The position numbers were made by a program, and so were the translations under genes. Shown piece by piece: positions 18,535 through 28,096 of a stretch of DNA of 64,000 nt; the stretch's first letter is position 1; every line of letters starts with the position of its first letter. This DNA is from an uncultured bacterium (GTDB taxonomy: Bacteria > Elusimicrobiota > Elusimicrobia > Elusimicrobiales > Elusimicrobiaceae): NCBI GenBank assembly GCA_949294085.1, contig CASFFX010000006.1, forward strand, positions 40,256 to 104,255. The letters run 5' to 3'. A model generated the notes under the pieces. The model was not told the origin of the DNA. It saw only the letters and a list, made by a program, of their open reading frames with translations, and searched no databases.

Positions 18535-19646
18535 AATTGCGTGCGCGAACTTTGAAAGGTTTTTTTGTAAAAGAAATTATCCAAATTATGCGGGATCCCA
18601 AAATGATTTTGGCTATTTTCTTTATTCCCATTGTGCAGACGGTGATGTTCGGCCTGGCGCTGACCAGCGAAGTAAAAAACATCAAATTTGTGGTGGCTTC
18701 CAAGCCGGGCAAAATTGCCCAAGAGCTGGAAAGCCGGGCGTTGGCCTCGGGCTGGTTTTCCCGGGTGGAGGGCATCAACGGCGCCCAGGTGGAAGACCCC
18801 GAAGCGCTGGTGGCCTCGCACCGGGCCGAAGCGGTGCTGGTGGCCCCGCCTGAAGGATTTGAAAAAGCGCTGGAGCGCGGCAACGAGCCCATCCAGCTGC
18901 TGCTTAACGCCACCAACGCCCAGCGCGCCCAGCAAGTGAACGGATACGTCCAGCAAATTGTGGCCGAAGTCGCCCGGGATAATGGCTACGACGTCAACGG
19001 CGGCCTGATTGAGTTGGATATGCGCGTGCTTTTTAACCACTACATGGACACGACGTCTTTTATGATTCCGGCGCTGTTGGTTATGTCCACCTTTATCGTG
19101 TTGTTGGTGGTGGGCGGGATGGCCATTGCCAAGGAAAAGGAAACCGGCACGCTGGAAAAGCTGATTGTGTCCCCCTGCAGCGTGGAAGAAATTATGCTGG
19201 GCAAAACATTGCCGTATTTCGTCATCGGGCTGTGCATTGTGGGGCTGATTTTGTTTATTGGCGTAGCGGGATTTGGCATCCCGTTTAGGGGCAGTTTGTG
19301 GCAGGTGGGCGTGAACTCGGTGCTGTTTGCCGTGTCCGCCTTGGCGTGTGCGCTGTTAATCAGTACCGTGGTGCATACCCAGCAACAGGCGATGATGGCC
19401 AGCGTGCTGTATTTGATGCCGGCTATCTTGCTTTCGGGCGTATTTTTCCCGGTGCCCAATATTCCGCCGCTGTTTCGGTGGATGTGCTATTTGAACCCGA
19501 TGATGTATTCCGTCCTCAATTTCCGCGCCATTATTCTGAAAGGGGGCGATGCGTCCTTCTTTTGGCAGAATTGCTTGTGCCTGGCGGCCATGTCCGTCGT
19601 GCTGTGCGCGGCCGCGTACAAAAATTTCAAATCCAAACTCAACTAA
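18531..19646 (+). CDS. ABC-2 type permease (YbhR-like)
   Basis: KEIIQIMRDP, IAKEKETGTLEKLIVSP, LLSGVFFPV. Confidence 0.9.
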   Translation: MKLRARTLKGFFVKEIIQIMRDPKMILAIFFIPIVQTVMFGLALTSEVKNIKFVVASKPGKIAQELESRALASGWFSRVEGINGAQVEDPEALVASHRAEAVLVAPPEGFEKALERGNEPIQLLLNATNAQRAQQVNGYVQQIVAEVARDNGYDVNGGLIELDMRVLFNHYMDTTSFMIPALLVMSTFIVLLVVGGMAIAKEKETGTLEKLIVSPCSVEEIMLGKTLPYFVIGLCIVGLILFIGVAGFGIPFRGSLWQVGVNSVLFAVSALACALLISTVVHTQQQAMMASVLYLMPAILLSGVFFPVPNIPPLFRWMCYLNPMMYSVLNFRAIILKGGDASFFWQNCLCLAAMSVVLCAAAYKNFKSKLN

Positions 19647-19718
19647 CTGCCCCGTATAGCGGAAAACCCCTTTCCGCCCGCGTGCAGGAACCCGGATAAA
19701 TTAGTAAAATGAAAGGGT

Positions 19719-20354
19719 ATGGAAGTTATCGTATATATACCCATTTTGTTTTTCTCCATTGTGCTGCACGAATTTGCACACGGGATGGCGGCGTTTCGCT
19801 TGGGCGACGATACGGCCTATTTAAGCGGCCGCCTAACGCTGAACCCGCTGCACCACGTGGACCTGGTGGGAACCCTGCTGGTGCCGGCGCTGTGCTGGGT
19901 GATGGGGCTGCCGCTTTTCGGGTGGGCCAAACCGGTGCCGATTAATCCGCTGCGCATGCCGTCCCCGCGCCGGGACATGGGCAAGGTGGCGTTTGCGGGG
20001 CCGGCCGTCAACTTGCTGCTGGCGGTGGTGTGCGTGCTGATTATGAAAATTTTTATTGTAGCGCAGGCTTCTTTTTCGCCCGAGGTATTGCAGCAGCTGT
20101 TCTTGTTTTTGCAGTACGGGATGTTTATCAACGTGTTTTTGGCGGTGTTTAATTTAATCCCTATTCCGCCTTTGGACGGAGGGCGCATTGTAACGGCGCT
20201 GCTGCCCGTGCGGGCGGCCCTGCGGTATGAAGGATTTTTTGGCCGGTACGGTATGTTTGTGGTATTGGCGCTTATTTTGACGGGCGGCGTGAAATACATT
20301 TTGTTGCCGCCTACCCTGCTTTTGGTGGGGTTATTTTCCAAATTTTTAATGTAG
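19719..20354 (+). CDS. Site-2 protease, peptidase M50 family
   Basis: HEFAH zinc motif, GRLTLNPL, GWAKPVP, NLIPIPPLDGG. Confidence 0.93.
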   Translation: MEVIVYIPILFFSIVLHEFAHGMAAFRLGDDTAYLSGRLTLNPLHHVDLVGTLLVPALCWVMGLPLFGWAKPVPINPLRMPSPRRDMGKVAFAGPAVNLLLAVVCVLIMKIFIVAQASFSPEVLQQLFLFLQYGMFINVFLAVFNLIPIPPLDGGRIVTALLPVRAALRYEGFFGRYGMFVVLALILTGGVKYILLPPTLLLVGLFSKFLM

Positions 20355-20374
20355 TATATTCACAAGAGGTATTT

Positions 20375-21430
20375 ATGCAAACTGACAAAATTGTACTTTC
20401 CGGCATGCGCCCTACGGGCAAATTGCATTTAGGCAACTTTCACGGAGCCCTGAAAAATTGGGTAACGCTGCAAGACAAGTACAACTGCTATTTTTTCGTG
20501 GCGGATTTACATTCGCTTACCACGGCGTATGAACACACCGAAAATTTGGCTGAAAACAGCCGCAGCATGCTGGTGGATTGGCTGACGGCGGGGCTGGACC
20601 CCAAAAAATGCACGATTTTTGTCCAGTCGGACGTGCCCGAAGTAAGCGAATTGAACACGCTGCTGGGGATGATTACGCCCTTGGGCTGGCTGCTTAGAAA
20701 CCCGACGTATAAGGAACAAATCCAGGAACTGCTAAAGCAAAAATACGCCGGACAGATGGACGAAAAATCCCTGGGCGAAAAAATTAATTCCATCGCTGGG
20801 GACGAGGATATTTCTTCCTTTGGCTTTTTGGGCTACCCGGTGCTGATGGCTACGGATATTTTAATCCAGCAGGCGGCGTATGTTCCGGTGGGAAAGGACC
20901 AAACCGCCCACTTGGAAATTACCCGCGCCATTGCGCGCCGCTTTGCCGAAATTTACGGCGAACAAGTATTCACCGAGCCGGCCCCGTTGTTTACCACGGT
21001 GGCCCGCGTGCCGGGGCTGGACGGAAGAAAAATGTCCAAATCGTACCACAACGCCATTTCGTTGGGCGAAGAGGTGGATTCCGTACGCAAAAAAGTGATG
21101 ACGATGTTCACCGATCCCAATAAGAAAAAAGCCAACGACCCCGCCAACCCCGAAGGCTGTGTGGTGTATGCGTTCCACAAGATTTACAACCCCAACGCCG
21201 CCAAACGCTGCGAAGAGTGCAAGGCCGGCGCGCTGGGCTGTGTGGCGTGCAAAAAAGAATTGTTCGCTTTAATGGAACCGGAACTGAAGGCGTTTGTGGA
21301 ACGGCGCAAAACGTTTGACAACGATACCGCCCAGCTGGAAAAAATTGTCAAAGAGGGCAAAGAACGCGCCCGCGCCAACGCCGCCAAAACGCTGGTAGCC
21401 GTGAAGAAAGCGATGAGGGTAACCCGCTGA
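20375..21430 (+). CDS. trpS: Tryptophan--tRNA ligase
   Basis: SGMRPTGKLHLGN (HIGH), YPVLMATDI, VPVGKDQ..H, KMSKS. Confidence 0.96.
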   Translation: MQTDKIVLSGMRPTGKLHLGNFHGALKNWVTLQDKYNCYFFVADLHSLTTAYEHTENLAENSRSMLVDWLTAGLDPKKCTIFVQSDVPEVSELNTLLGMITPLGWLLRNPTYKEQIQELLKQKYAGQMDEKSLGEKINSIAGDEDISSFGFLGYPVLMATDILIQQAAYVPVGKDQTAHLEITRAIARRFAEIYGEQVFTEPAPLFTTVARVPGLDGRKMSKSYHNAISLGEEVDSVRKKVMTMFTDPNKKKANDPANPEGCVVYAFHKIYNPNAAKRCEECKAGALGCVACKKELFALMEPELKAFVERRKTFDNDTAQLEKIVKEGKERARANAAKTLVAVKKAMRVTR

Positions 21431-22191
21431 TGCTTGCGCCCGCGCCGATTAATGTCCATATCAATGTGTTTGAAGGTCCGATGGACCTGCTTTTGCATTT
21501 GATAAAAAAAGACAATTTGGATATTTGCGACATTAACATCGCGGAAATTACCAAGCAGTATTTGGATTATCTAAACGTAATGAAGGAGCTGAACCTGGAG
21601 GTGGCAGGCGAGTTTTTGGTGATGGCCAGCACGCTGATGCAGATCAAGGCCAAAACCCTGCTTCCCTCCCAGGCTCCTACGTCGGAAGATGAAGGGCCGA
21701 ACCCCGTAAAAGAATTGGTGGCCAAGCTGGTGGAATACCAGAAATACAAAGAAGCCAGCAAATTCTTGGAACAGAAATTTGAAGAAAATAAAGACAATTT
21801 CTATCGGTCGGCTCCTATTTTTGACGATGGGGAAAAAGTCATCAATTTGCAAATGTTTGATTTGCTGTCCGCGGTCAAACGGGCATTTGAACGCTTGGAC
21901 GAGCGGAAGCGGATTGAACTGCTGAAGGTGGAAGAATTCCCCATTGAAATGAAAATGGAAAAAGTGGTGAACCTGCTGAAACACCGCGAGTGGATTTTGC
22001 TGGACGATGTGTTTGTGGGGGAAACCAAAAAACGCGGCATTATTACGTGTTTTATGGCGGTGCTGGAATTGATGAAAATCAAAAAACTGCTGGCCCGCCA
22101 AGACGAACAGCTGGGCCGAATCCGGATTTATTTGAACCCGGAAAACAAAGACAAAGATTTTAAGACCTTAATGCACGGACAAGCCAACTGA
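21430..22191 (+). CDS. scpA: Segregation and condensation protein A
   Basis: FEGPMDLLLHLI, AGEFLVMASTLMQIK, FMAVLELMK. Confidence 0.95.
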   Translation: MLAPAPINVHINVFEGPMDLLLHLIKKDNLDICDINIAEITKQYLDYLNVMKELNLEVAGEFLVMASTLMQIKAKTLLPSQAPTSEDEGPNPVKELVAKLVEYQKYKEASKFLEQKFEENKDNFYRSAPIFDDGEKVINLQMFDLLSAVKRAFERLDERKRIELLKVEEFPIEMKMEKVVNLLKHREWILLDDVFVGETKKRGIITCFMAVLELMKIKKLLARQDEQLGRIRIYLNPENKDKDFKTLMHGQAN

Positions 22192-22211
22192 CCGCCCGGA
22201 GGATTTTAGAT

Positions 22212-23288
22212 ATGCAGACCGAAGAAGAAATTCAATCTCAACCCGCTCCTGCGCCGCAGGCTTCCGCGCCGGCCGGCGAAGCCCAGCCCTCTGCTGCGGT
22301 CCCGCCGGAAAAACAGCCAACGTCTGCCGCCCCGGCGGAAGAACCCTTTGAATTGGTTCCCACCAGCGAGTTTAAGCAAATTGTGGAAACCTTGCTGTTT
22401 ATTACCGACCGGCCCCTTAAACCCAGCCGCATTGCCGATGTGATTGACGGGGTGGACGCGCGCCGCGTGCGGGAAATGATTTTGGAAATCCAGTCCGATT
22501 ACATCCGCCGCAACAGCGCCATACAGGTGGTGGAGCTGGGGGGCGGGTTTCAAATGTCCACCAAGCCCGAATACGGCCGTTGGGTGCGCCGCTTGTATAA
22601 CGAGAAAATGACCACCAAGCTTTCCAACGCCGCGTTGGAAACGCTGGCCATTGTGGCCTATAAACAGCCCATTACCCGGGCGGAAATGGAAGCCATCCGC
22701 GGGGTGGACGTGGCCGGCCCGCTGGAGCGGTTGTTGGAACGCTCGCTGGTGCGGGTGGTGGGAAAGAAGGATACGGTCGGCCGCCCGATGGTGTATGGCA
22801 CGACGGACGAATTTTTGCGGATGTTTGGATTGAATAAAATTTCCGATTTGCCCGACTTGCAGGTATTTGCCGCCAAGTCGCTGCGGGAAAAACAGGAAGA
22901 TTTGCCGTTTGGCGAGCCCTTGCCGCCTTTGGCCGAACCGGCGATTATCCCGCTGGAAGAATTGGACGGCGAAGAACGCCTGGAAGCGTTGGATTCTTCG
23001 GCCGACCCCTTCTTTACGCGCAACAGCTACAACAAAGGCGATTTCTTTGGTCAGCAACCCACGCCCGACGCTTCGGCCCCACAGGCGGAAAAGCCGGCCG
23101 ACGAAGCACAGCCCGCTGAATCGCAGCCTTCGGCCCCACAGCAAGCGGCCGCTGAAGCACAGCCTTTGGAGCCGCAGATTGAAAATCCGGCTGATTTGAC
23201 TCAGCCCGACGAATCACAGCCTTCGGCCTCGCAGCAACCGGCCGACGAAGCACAGCCGTCTCATACCGAACCCCAGGAGGAAAAATAA
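22212..23288 (+). CDS. scpB: Segregation and condensation protein B with low-complexity termini
   Basis: LETLAIVAYKQPITRAEMEAIRGV, GRPMVYGTTDEFLRMFGL. Confidence 0.95.
   Translation: MQTEEEIQSQPAPAPQASAPAGEAQPSAAVPPEKQPTSAAPAEEPFELVPTSEFKQIVETLLFITDRPLKPSRIADVIDGVDARRVREMILEIQSDYIRRNSAIQVVELGGGFQMSTKPEYGRWVRRLYNEKMTTKLSNAALETLAIVAYKQPITRAEMEAIRGVDVAGPLERLLERSLVRVVGKKDTVGRPMVYGTTDEFLRMFGLNKISDLPDLQVFAAKSLREKQEDLPFGEPLPPLAEPAIIPLEELDGEERLEALDSSADPFFTRNSYNKGDFFGQQPTPDASAPQAEKPADEAQPAESQPSAPQQAAAEAQPLEPQIENPADLTQPDESQPSASQQPADEAQPSHTEPQEEK
23071..23270 (+). repeat. Imperfect tandem repeats in the scpB 3' tail
   Basis: Three copies of CTTCGGCC(C/T)C(A/G)CAG...GGCCG(A/C)(C/T)GAAGCACAGCC encoding SA(P/S)Q..(P/A)A(D/A)EAQP. 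Confidence 0.6.
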
Positions 23289-23289
23289 T

Positions 23290-24738
23290 ATGAATATCGT
23301 TTTAGCCGCCAGCGAGGCGTTCCCTTTTTGTAAAACCGGCGGTCTGGCCGACGTGGTAGGCGCGCTGTGCCAGCAATTTGCCATGCGCAAGGGAAACAAA
23401 GTGCTGTTGTTCTTGCCGCATTACCGCAACATTGTGCGGGTTTCTTCCTTAAAGGTCGTGCCGGGCGTGTATTTGATTCCGATTGGGGACCGGATTGAAC
23501 AAGTATCGCTTTCGTATATCAATTGGGGCAATGTGCTGGTGTTTTTTGTCGGGAACCGCAAATATTTTGACCGCCCCGACCTCTACCGCACCAAGGCGGG
23601 CGAATATCCCGATAACGACGAACGTTTTATTCTCTTTAGTCGGGCGGTGTTGGAAGGGTGCAAGTTTATCGGTTTCCGCCCGGACATTATTCACTGCCAC
23701 GACTGGCAAACCGGTTTAATTCCCGCGTACTTAAAAACCGTCTATAAACTGGACGCTTTTTACACCCGCACCCGCAGCCTCTACACCATCCACAACATTG
23801 CCTACCAAGGGCACTATCCGTATTCCACCTTCAAAAAAGCGGGTTTCCACCCGGTGGATTACACGTCCGATAAATTTGAATATTACGGCGGTATCAGCTT
23901 TCTGAAAAGCGGTATCGTGTTTGCCGACAACATCAACACCGTCAGCCCCAACTATGCCCGCGAGGTCCAGACGGACCCCGCCATGGGCTTTGGGCTGGAA
24001 GGCCTGCTGCGCTACCGCAGCAAAAATTTCTGCGGTATCGTAAACGGTATTGATACCGAAGTGTGGGACCCCGAAATAGACCCCGTACTGCCCATCGGGT
24101 ATGACGCGGCGGAAGTGGTCAAAGGCAAATTGGCCGCCAAGCTGGCGCTCCAGCAGCAGTGCAAGCTGTCGCAAGACCCCGATAAACCGTTGATTGGCAT
24201 TGTGTCGCGCCTGGATTACCAAAAAGGGCTGGACGTGGTGGTCAATTTGATTGAACGAATGAAAGACCGGGCGCAGTTCGTCGTGCTGGGCATGGGGGAC
24301 CCCATGCTGGAAAAAGCCTACCAAAGCTTGGCGCGCAACAATCCGGCGTCCGTCAGTTATAACGGCCGTTTGGATGAAGATTTGGCCCACCGCATTTATG
24401 CGGGGGCGGATATCTTTTTAATGCCGTCTCGGTTTGAGCCGTGCGGGCTTTCGCAGCTGATTGCCATGAAGTACGGCGCGTTGCCGGTTGTGTCTAAGGT
24501 AGGCGGACTAGTGGATACGGTTAAAGGCTACTATCCCGGGAACGAAGACACCGCCACCGGATTTTTTATTGATACATTTACCGAAAACGGCATTTGCGCC
24601 GCGGTGGAGAAAGCGCTGGAAGTGTTTAACGACCGCCAGCTGTGGACGCGCCTGGTGCGCAATGCCATGCGGCAGGATTTGTCGTGGGACAAGTCGGCCC
24701 AAGCCTATTTGGACCTGTATAAGAAAACCGTGATTTAG
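23290..24738 (+). CDS. glgA: Glycogen synthase (GT5)
   Basis: KTGGLADV, HCHDWQT, TIHNIAYQG, SRLDYQKG, MPSRFEPCGLSQL. Confidence 0.95.
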   Translation: MNIVLAASEAFPFCKTGGLADVVGALCQQFAMRKGNKVLLFLPHYRNIVRVSSLKVVPGVYLIPIGDRIEQVSLSYINWGNVLVFFVGNRKYFDRPDLYRTKAGEYPDNDERFILFSRAVLEGCKFIGFRPDIIHCHDWQTGLIPAYLKTVYKLDAFYTRTRSLYTIHNIAYQGHYPYSTFKKAGFHPVDYTSDKFEYYGGISFLKSGIVFADNINTVSPNYAREVQTDPAMGFGLEGLLRYRSKNFCGIVNGIDTEVWDPEIDPVLPIGYDAAEVVKGKLAAKLALQQQCKLSQDPDKPLIGIVSRLDYQKGLDVVVNLIERMKDRAQFVVLGMGDPMLEKAYQSLARNNPASVSYNGRLDEDLAHRIYAGADIFLMPSRFEPCGLSQLIAMKYGALPVVSKVGGLVDTVKGYYPGNEDTATGFFIDTFTENGICAAVEKALEVFNDRQLWTRLVRNAMRQDLSWDKSAQAYLDLYKKTVI

Positions 24739-24749
24739 GAGCAAAATTT

Positions 24750-26126
24750 ATGAATAAGTGGCGTCGTGTATTTTTGGCGGTGGGGGCGTGTTTGGCGGCG
24801 TGTGCGCTGCAGGCGGCCGAAGCCAAAAATTTAATTTGGGTGATTGGCGACGGCATGGGCCCGGAAGCCATGGGATTTTTTATGCAAGGGGTACGTTATG
24901 GCGGGCTGAAGGAATACCCGAAGGGCGTGTCCAACCTGGAAAAATTGATGAACGGCGCCGAGTGGGGCTTGTTTTTTAACAACACGTATGACACGGTGGT
25001 AACCGATTCGGCCGCTTCGGCCACGCAGATGGCGTCTGGCAAGCTGTCCCGCCCGGAAGTGGTGGGGCTGGATTACAACAACCGCCCGGTGGAAAACATT
25101 TTGGAATTGGCCCGCAAAAAAGGCAAAGCGGTGGGCATCATCAGCGATACGTACGTAACGGACGCTACCCCCGCCGGCTTTACGGCCCACGTGCAAAACC
25201 GCAACCAAAAAATGGAAATTGCCCGCCAGTTGGTGGCGTTTGGACCCGAAGTCGTGTTGGGCGGCGGGTTGAAATATTTTACCACGGGGGACAATCAAAG
25301 CCTGCTTCCCCAAGCACAAAAGAAAGGCTACCAAATTGCGCAAAGCAAACAGGAGCTCAGCGCGGTAAAATCGGGCAAAGTGCTGGGGTTGTTTACGTCG
25401 GGCTCGATGCCGATGTCTTTGGAAATGGAAAAATATCCCACCCTCCCGTCGCTTACGGAACAAACCCAAAAAGCGGTGGAATTATTAAGCCAAAATAAAG
25501 ACGGATTCGTGCTGGTGGTGGAAGCCGGCAAAATTGATTGGGCCGGCCACGCACACGACGCAGGGGCCTGGTTCCACGAAATGAAAGCGCTGGATGATTT
25601 GCTGGGCTATTTGATGACGTATGTCCAGCAAAACGGCGATACGCTGCTGTATTTGAACGCGGACCACGATACCGGGCTGGGGGCGTTTACGTACCGCTAC
25701 GTAAATGCGGAAGAAGCCAAACATAAAGCGGCCCAGGGCGAAGCGCTGTACGCGGGCAATGCGGATTATGCGTCGTTTGCCACGTTCCGCCAGTTTGCCA
25801 AGCAAAAGGAAAGCCTGTACAATTTGGAATTGGAATTAAAAGCCATGCCGGCCAAAAAACGCACGCCGGAATATTTGCAAAAACGCTTGTCGCAGGCGTT
25901 GGGGTACGAGGTGGACATCCACCGCTTTACCAATTTGTCCGATGTAAGCGGTATTTTCAAACAGCTCAATGAATCGCGCGGATTGGTGTGGGCCACCGTC
26001 AATCACTCTTCCCTGCCGGTGCTGAGCGCAGCCTACGGGCCCGACGCGGATGAGCTGGCCGGCGTCTATCATAATACCGATATTTTGCCCCGCCTGAAAA
26101 AGGCCTTGGGGTGGAGTGCCCAATGA
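24750..26126 (+). CDS. Alkaline phosphatase
   Basis: Signal peptide, IGDGMG, TDSAASAT (catalytic Ser), DATPAGFTAH, VEAGKIDWAGH, ADHDTG. Confidence 0.92.
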   Translation: MNKWRRVFLAVGACLAACALQAAEAKNLIWVIGDGMGPEAMGFFMQGVRYGGLKEYPKGVSNLEKLMNGAEWGLFFNNTYDTVVTDSAASATQMASGKLSRPEVVGLDYNNRPVENILELARKKGKAVGIISDTYVTDATPAGFTAHVQNRNQKMEIARQLVAFGPEVVLGGGLKYFTTGDNQSLLPQAQKKGYQIAQSKQELSAVKSGKVLGLFTSGSMPMSLEMEKYPTLPSLTEQTQKAVELLSQNKDGFVLVVEAGKIDWAGHAHDAGAWFHEMKALDDLLGYLMTYVQQNGDTLLYLNADHDTGLGAFTYRYVNAEEAKHKAAQGEALYAGNADYASFATFRQFAKQKESLYNLELELKAMPAKKRTPEYLQKRLSQALGYEVDIHRFTNLSDVSGIFKQLNESRGLVWATVNHSSLPVLSAAYGPDADELAGVYHNTDILPRLKKALGWSAQ

Positions 26127-26926
26127 AAGAACAAGAATTAAACGAATTATTTGAAGGCAAAAAACGCGCTCCCAAGGCACCCAAACAGGTGTTTCGGCTG
26201 CATCGGCGGCTGTTTTTGCTGGTGTTTGCCGTGGCGGTGCTGCTGCAGAGCGTGGTGTTTGTGAACATGCGCCTGGGCAATTATTACCAGGAATTGAACG
26301 ACAATTTTAAGGTATTGCTGACGGTGGACGGAGAAACCTCCAACGAAGAATTGACCCAAATGGGGGAATCGCTGAACCAAAAGGAGGACATCTTGGCGGT
26401 GCGGCTTTATTCGCCGCAGGACGCGCTGGAAGTGGTGCGGCGCCAAAACCCGCAGCTGACGGAAGCCCTTTTGCTGATGGGCAAGAACAAAATGCCGGCG
26501 TATTTTGAATTGCAATTAAACTATAAGGCCATCAATAACATCCGCCCGTTTGTGGACAACCTGGCGGCGGAATATCCGACGTTGGTGCCGCATTACAATT
26601 TGCAGCATGCGCGGCTGTTGTTCTATACCGGTCTGTGCTCCAAATTGCTGAATTTGGCGGTTATTTTTGCTTTGCTGTTATTTTTGGCGTTTATGTTTTT
26701 GGTGGAGGCCTACCCTTCGGGGCAGGCCCGCGCGCATTATTTAGGGGGCGCGGTGTCGGGCGTGTTGGCGGGGGTAGCGTCGTGCGCGTTTTTCGCGGTA
26801 TTGGTGTACCCCACCGGGTTTTTGGTGCAGGCCGTCAGCCAGTTCACTACGCCCGGGCGCCAGCTGCTGATGTTGGCTTTTTGCGGACTCTTTGGGTGGA
26901 CCTTGTCAAAATGGCAAAAATTTTAA
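26123..26926 (+). CDS. ftsX: FtsX-like permease
   Basis: TM1, periplasmic domain with YSPQDALE and NKMPAYFEL, then three TMs; lies upstream of envC-ctpA; ATGA overlap with the phosphatase stop. Confidence 0.6.
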   Translation: MKEQELNELFEGKKRAPKAPKQVFRLHRRLFLLVFAVAVLLQSVVFVNMRLGNYYQELNDNFKVLLTVDGETSNEELTQMGESLNQKEDILAVRLYSPQDALEVVRRQNPQLTEALLLMGKNKMPAYFELQLNYKAINNIRPFVDNLAAEYPTLVPHYNLQHARLLFYTGLCSKLLNLAVIFALLLFLAFMFLVEAYPSGQARAHYLGGAVSGVLAGVASCAFFAVLVYPTGFLVQAVSQFTTPGRQLLMLAFCGLFGWTLSKWQKF

Positions 26927-28080
26927 GCGTTTTATTGGCCATGCTGTTTTGCACTTCGCCGCTTTTCTGCGACGAAGCGGCCGACCGTAAACGCGAAATT
27001 GAAAAACTGAAAAATGAAGCGGCTCAAAAAGAGCGGGAATTGAAAAAATACCGCGAACAGGAACAAAAAATTTCCAAAGAAATTTCGGCCTTGGCCGACC
27101 AAAAGGCGCGGGCCGAACGGATGAAAAATAAGGTGGAATCGGATATCTCGTACGTGGAACAAAACCTGCTTTCCATAGAAGACAAACGCGCCGCGCTGGA
27201 ACGCAGCATGCCCATGTGGCAGGGCGTGGTGGAAGAAGAACTGAAAAACTATTATTTTACGCCTTCCTGCCCTTATTGCACGCAGGACGGATACAGCCTG
27301 GAGCAGGAAATTTTTGTAAACCGTATGCTGACCCACAAGGCGGCGTTTGCGGCCGCATTAAAAAAGGAAAATACCGAAGCCAAAAAGCGGATTCAATCCT
27401 TTGAGGAGCGCAACAAAAAATTGCTGGCGCAAAGCTCGCAGATTAAAAAGGAACAGGCGGTTATTTCGCAGTCGTTTAACAAAAAGAAACAAGATTTGGA
27501 CGTTACCAAACGCAAAGTGGCGGCGGTGCGAAAAGAAATTAACGAATTAAATAAATCCGCCGAAGAACTGAACAAGCTGTTGGCGTCGTTTGAGCGCAAA
27601 CGCAAGGCGGCCGACGCGAAAAAATCGTCCGCTTCCAAAACGGCAGCCAAGAAAACTTCCGGTCCGAAAATTGACGTACCCAAAAAATCCCTGCCGTGGC
27701 CGGCAATAGGCAAAGTAATTAGCAAATTCGGCAAGGAGTACCGCTCCGATTTGAATACGTGGATTTTCCGCGACGGAATCAAAATTTCCGCCTCGGCCGG
27801 CGCCCCGGTGCGCACGGTGGAGGAAGGAAGCGTGATTTATGCGGGGCCGTTCCGCTCGTACGGCAACGTGGTCATTATGGACCACGGAAAAGGGTTCTTT
27901 ACCATTTATGGATTTTTACAGCAAATCAGCGTAAGCGTGGGAGACAAACTGCCGCAGCAAGGCGTGTTGGGCTCCGCGGGGAAGGACACGCAGGCCTCTT
28001 CCGGCACGGGGCGGACGGCGGTGTATTTTGAAATCCGCCAAGGCACGACGGCGGTGGACCCGTTGATTTGGCTGAAATAA
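26911..28080 (+). CDS. envC: Murein hydrolase activator EnvC-like (coiled coil + degenerate M23)
   Basis: Signal peptide from ATG 26911, long coiled coil, LPWP..G.V..KFG, YGNVVIMDHG; Zn ligands lost (RDGIKI, VYFEIR). Confidence 0.82.
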   Translation: MAKILSVLLAMLFCTSPLFCDEAADRKREIEKLKNEAAQKERELKKYREQEQKISKEISALADQKARAERMKNKVESDISYVEQNLLSIEDKRAALERSMPMWQGVVEEELKNYYFTPSCPYCTQDGYSLEQEIFVNRMLTHKAAFAAALKKENTEAKKRIQSFEERNKKLLAQSSQIKKEQAVISQSFNKKKQDLDVTKRKVAAVRKEINELNKSAEELNKLLASFERKRKAADAKKSSASKTAAKKTSGPKIDVPKKSLPWPAIGKVISKFGKEYRSDLNTWIFRDGIKISASAGAPVRTVEEGSVIYAGPFRSYGNVVIMDHGKGFFTIYGFLQQISVSVGDKLPQQGVLGSAGKDTQASSGTGRTAVYFEIRQGTTAVDPLIWLK

Positions 28081-28096
28081 AATTTAAGAGGACATT

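Noticed and set aside
26635-26910. Extended N-terminus of envC given by the ORF track
   Set aside because: It overlaps ftsX; the signal peptide begins at ATG 26911
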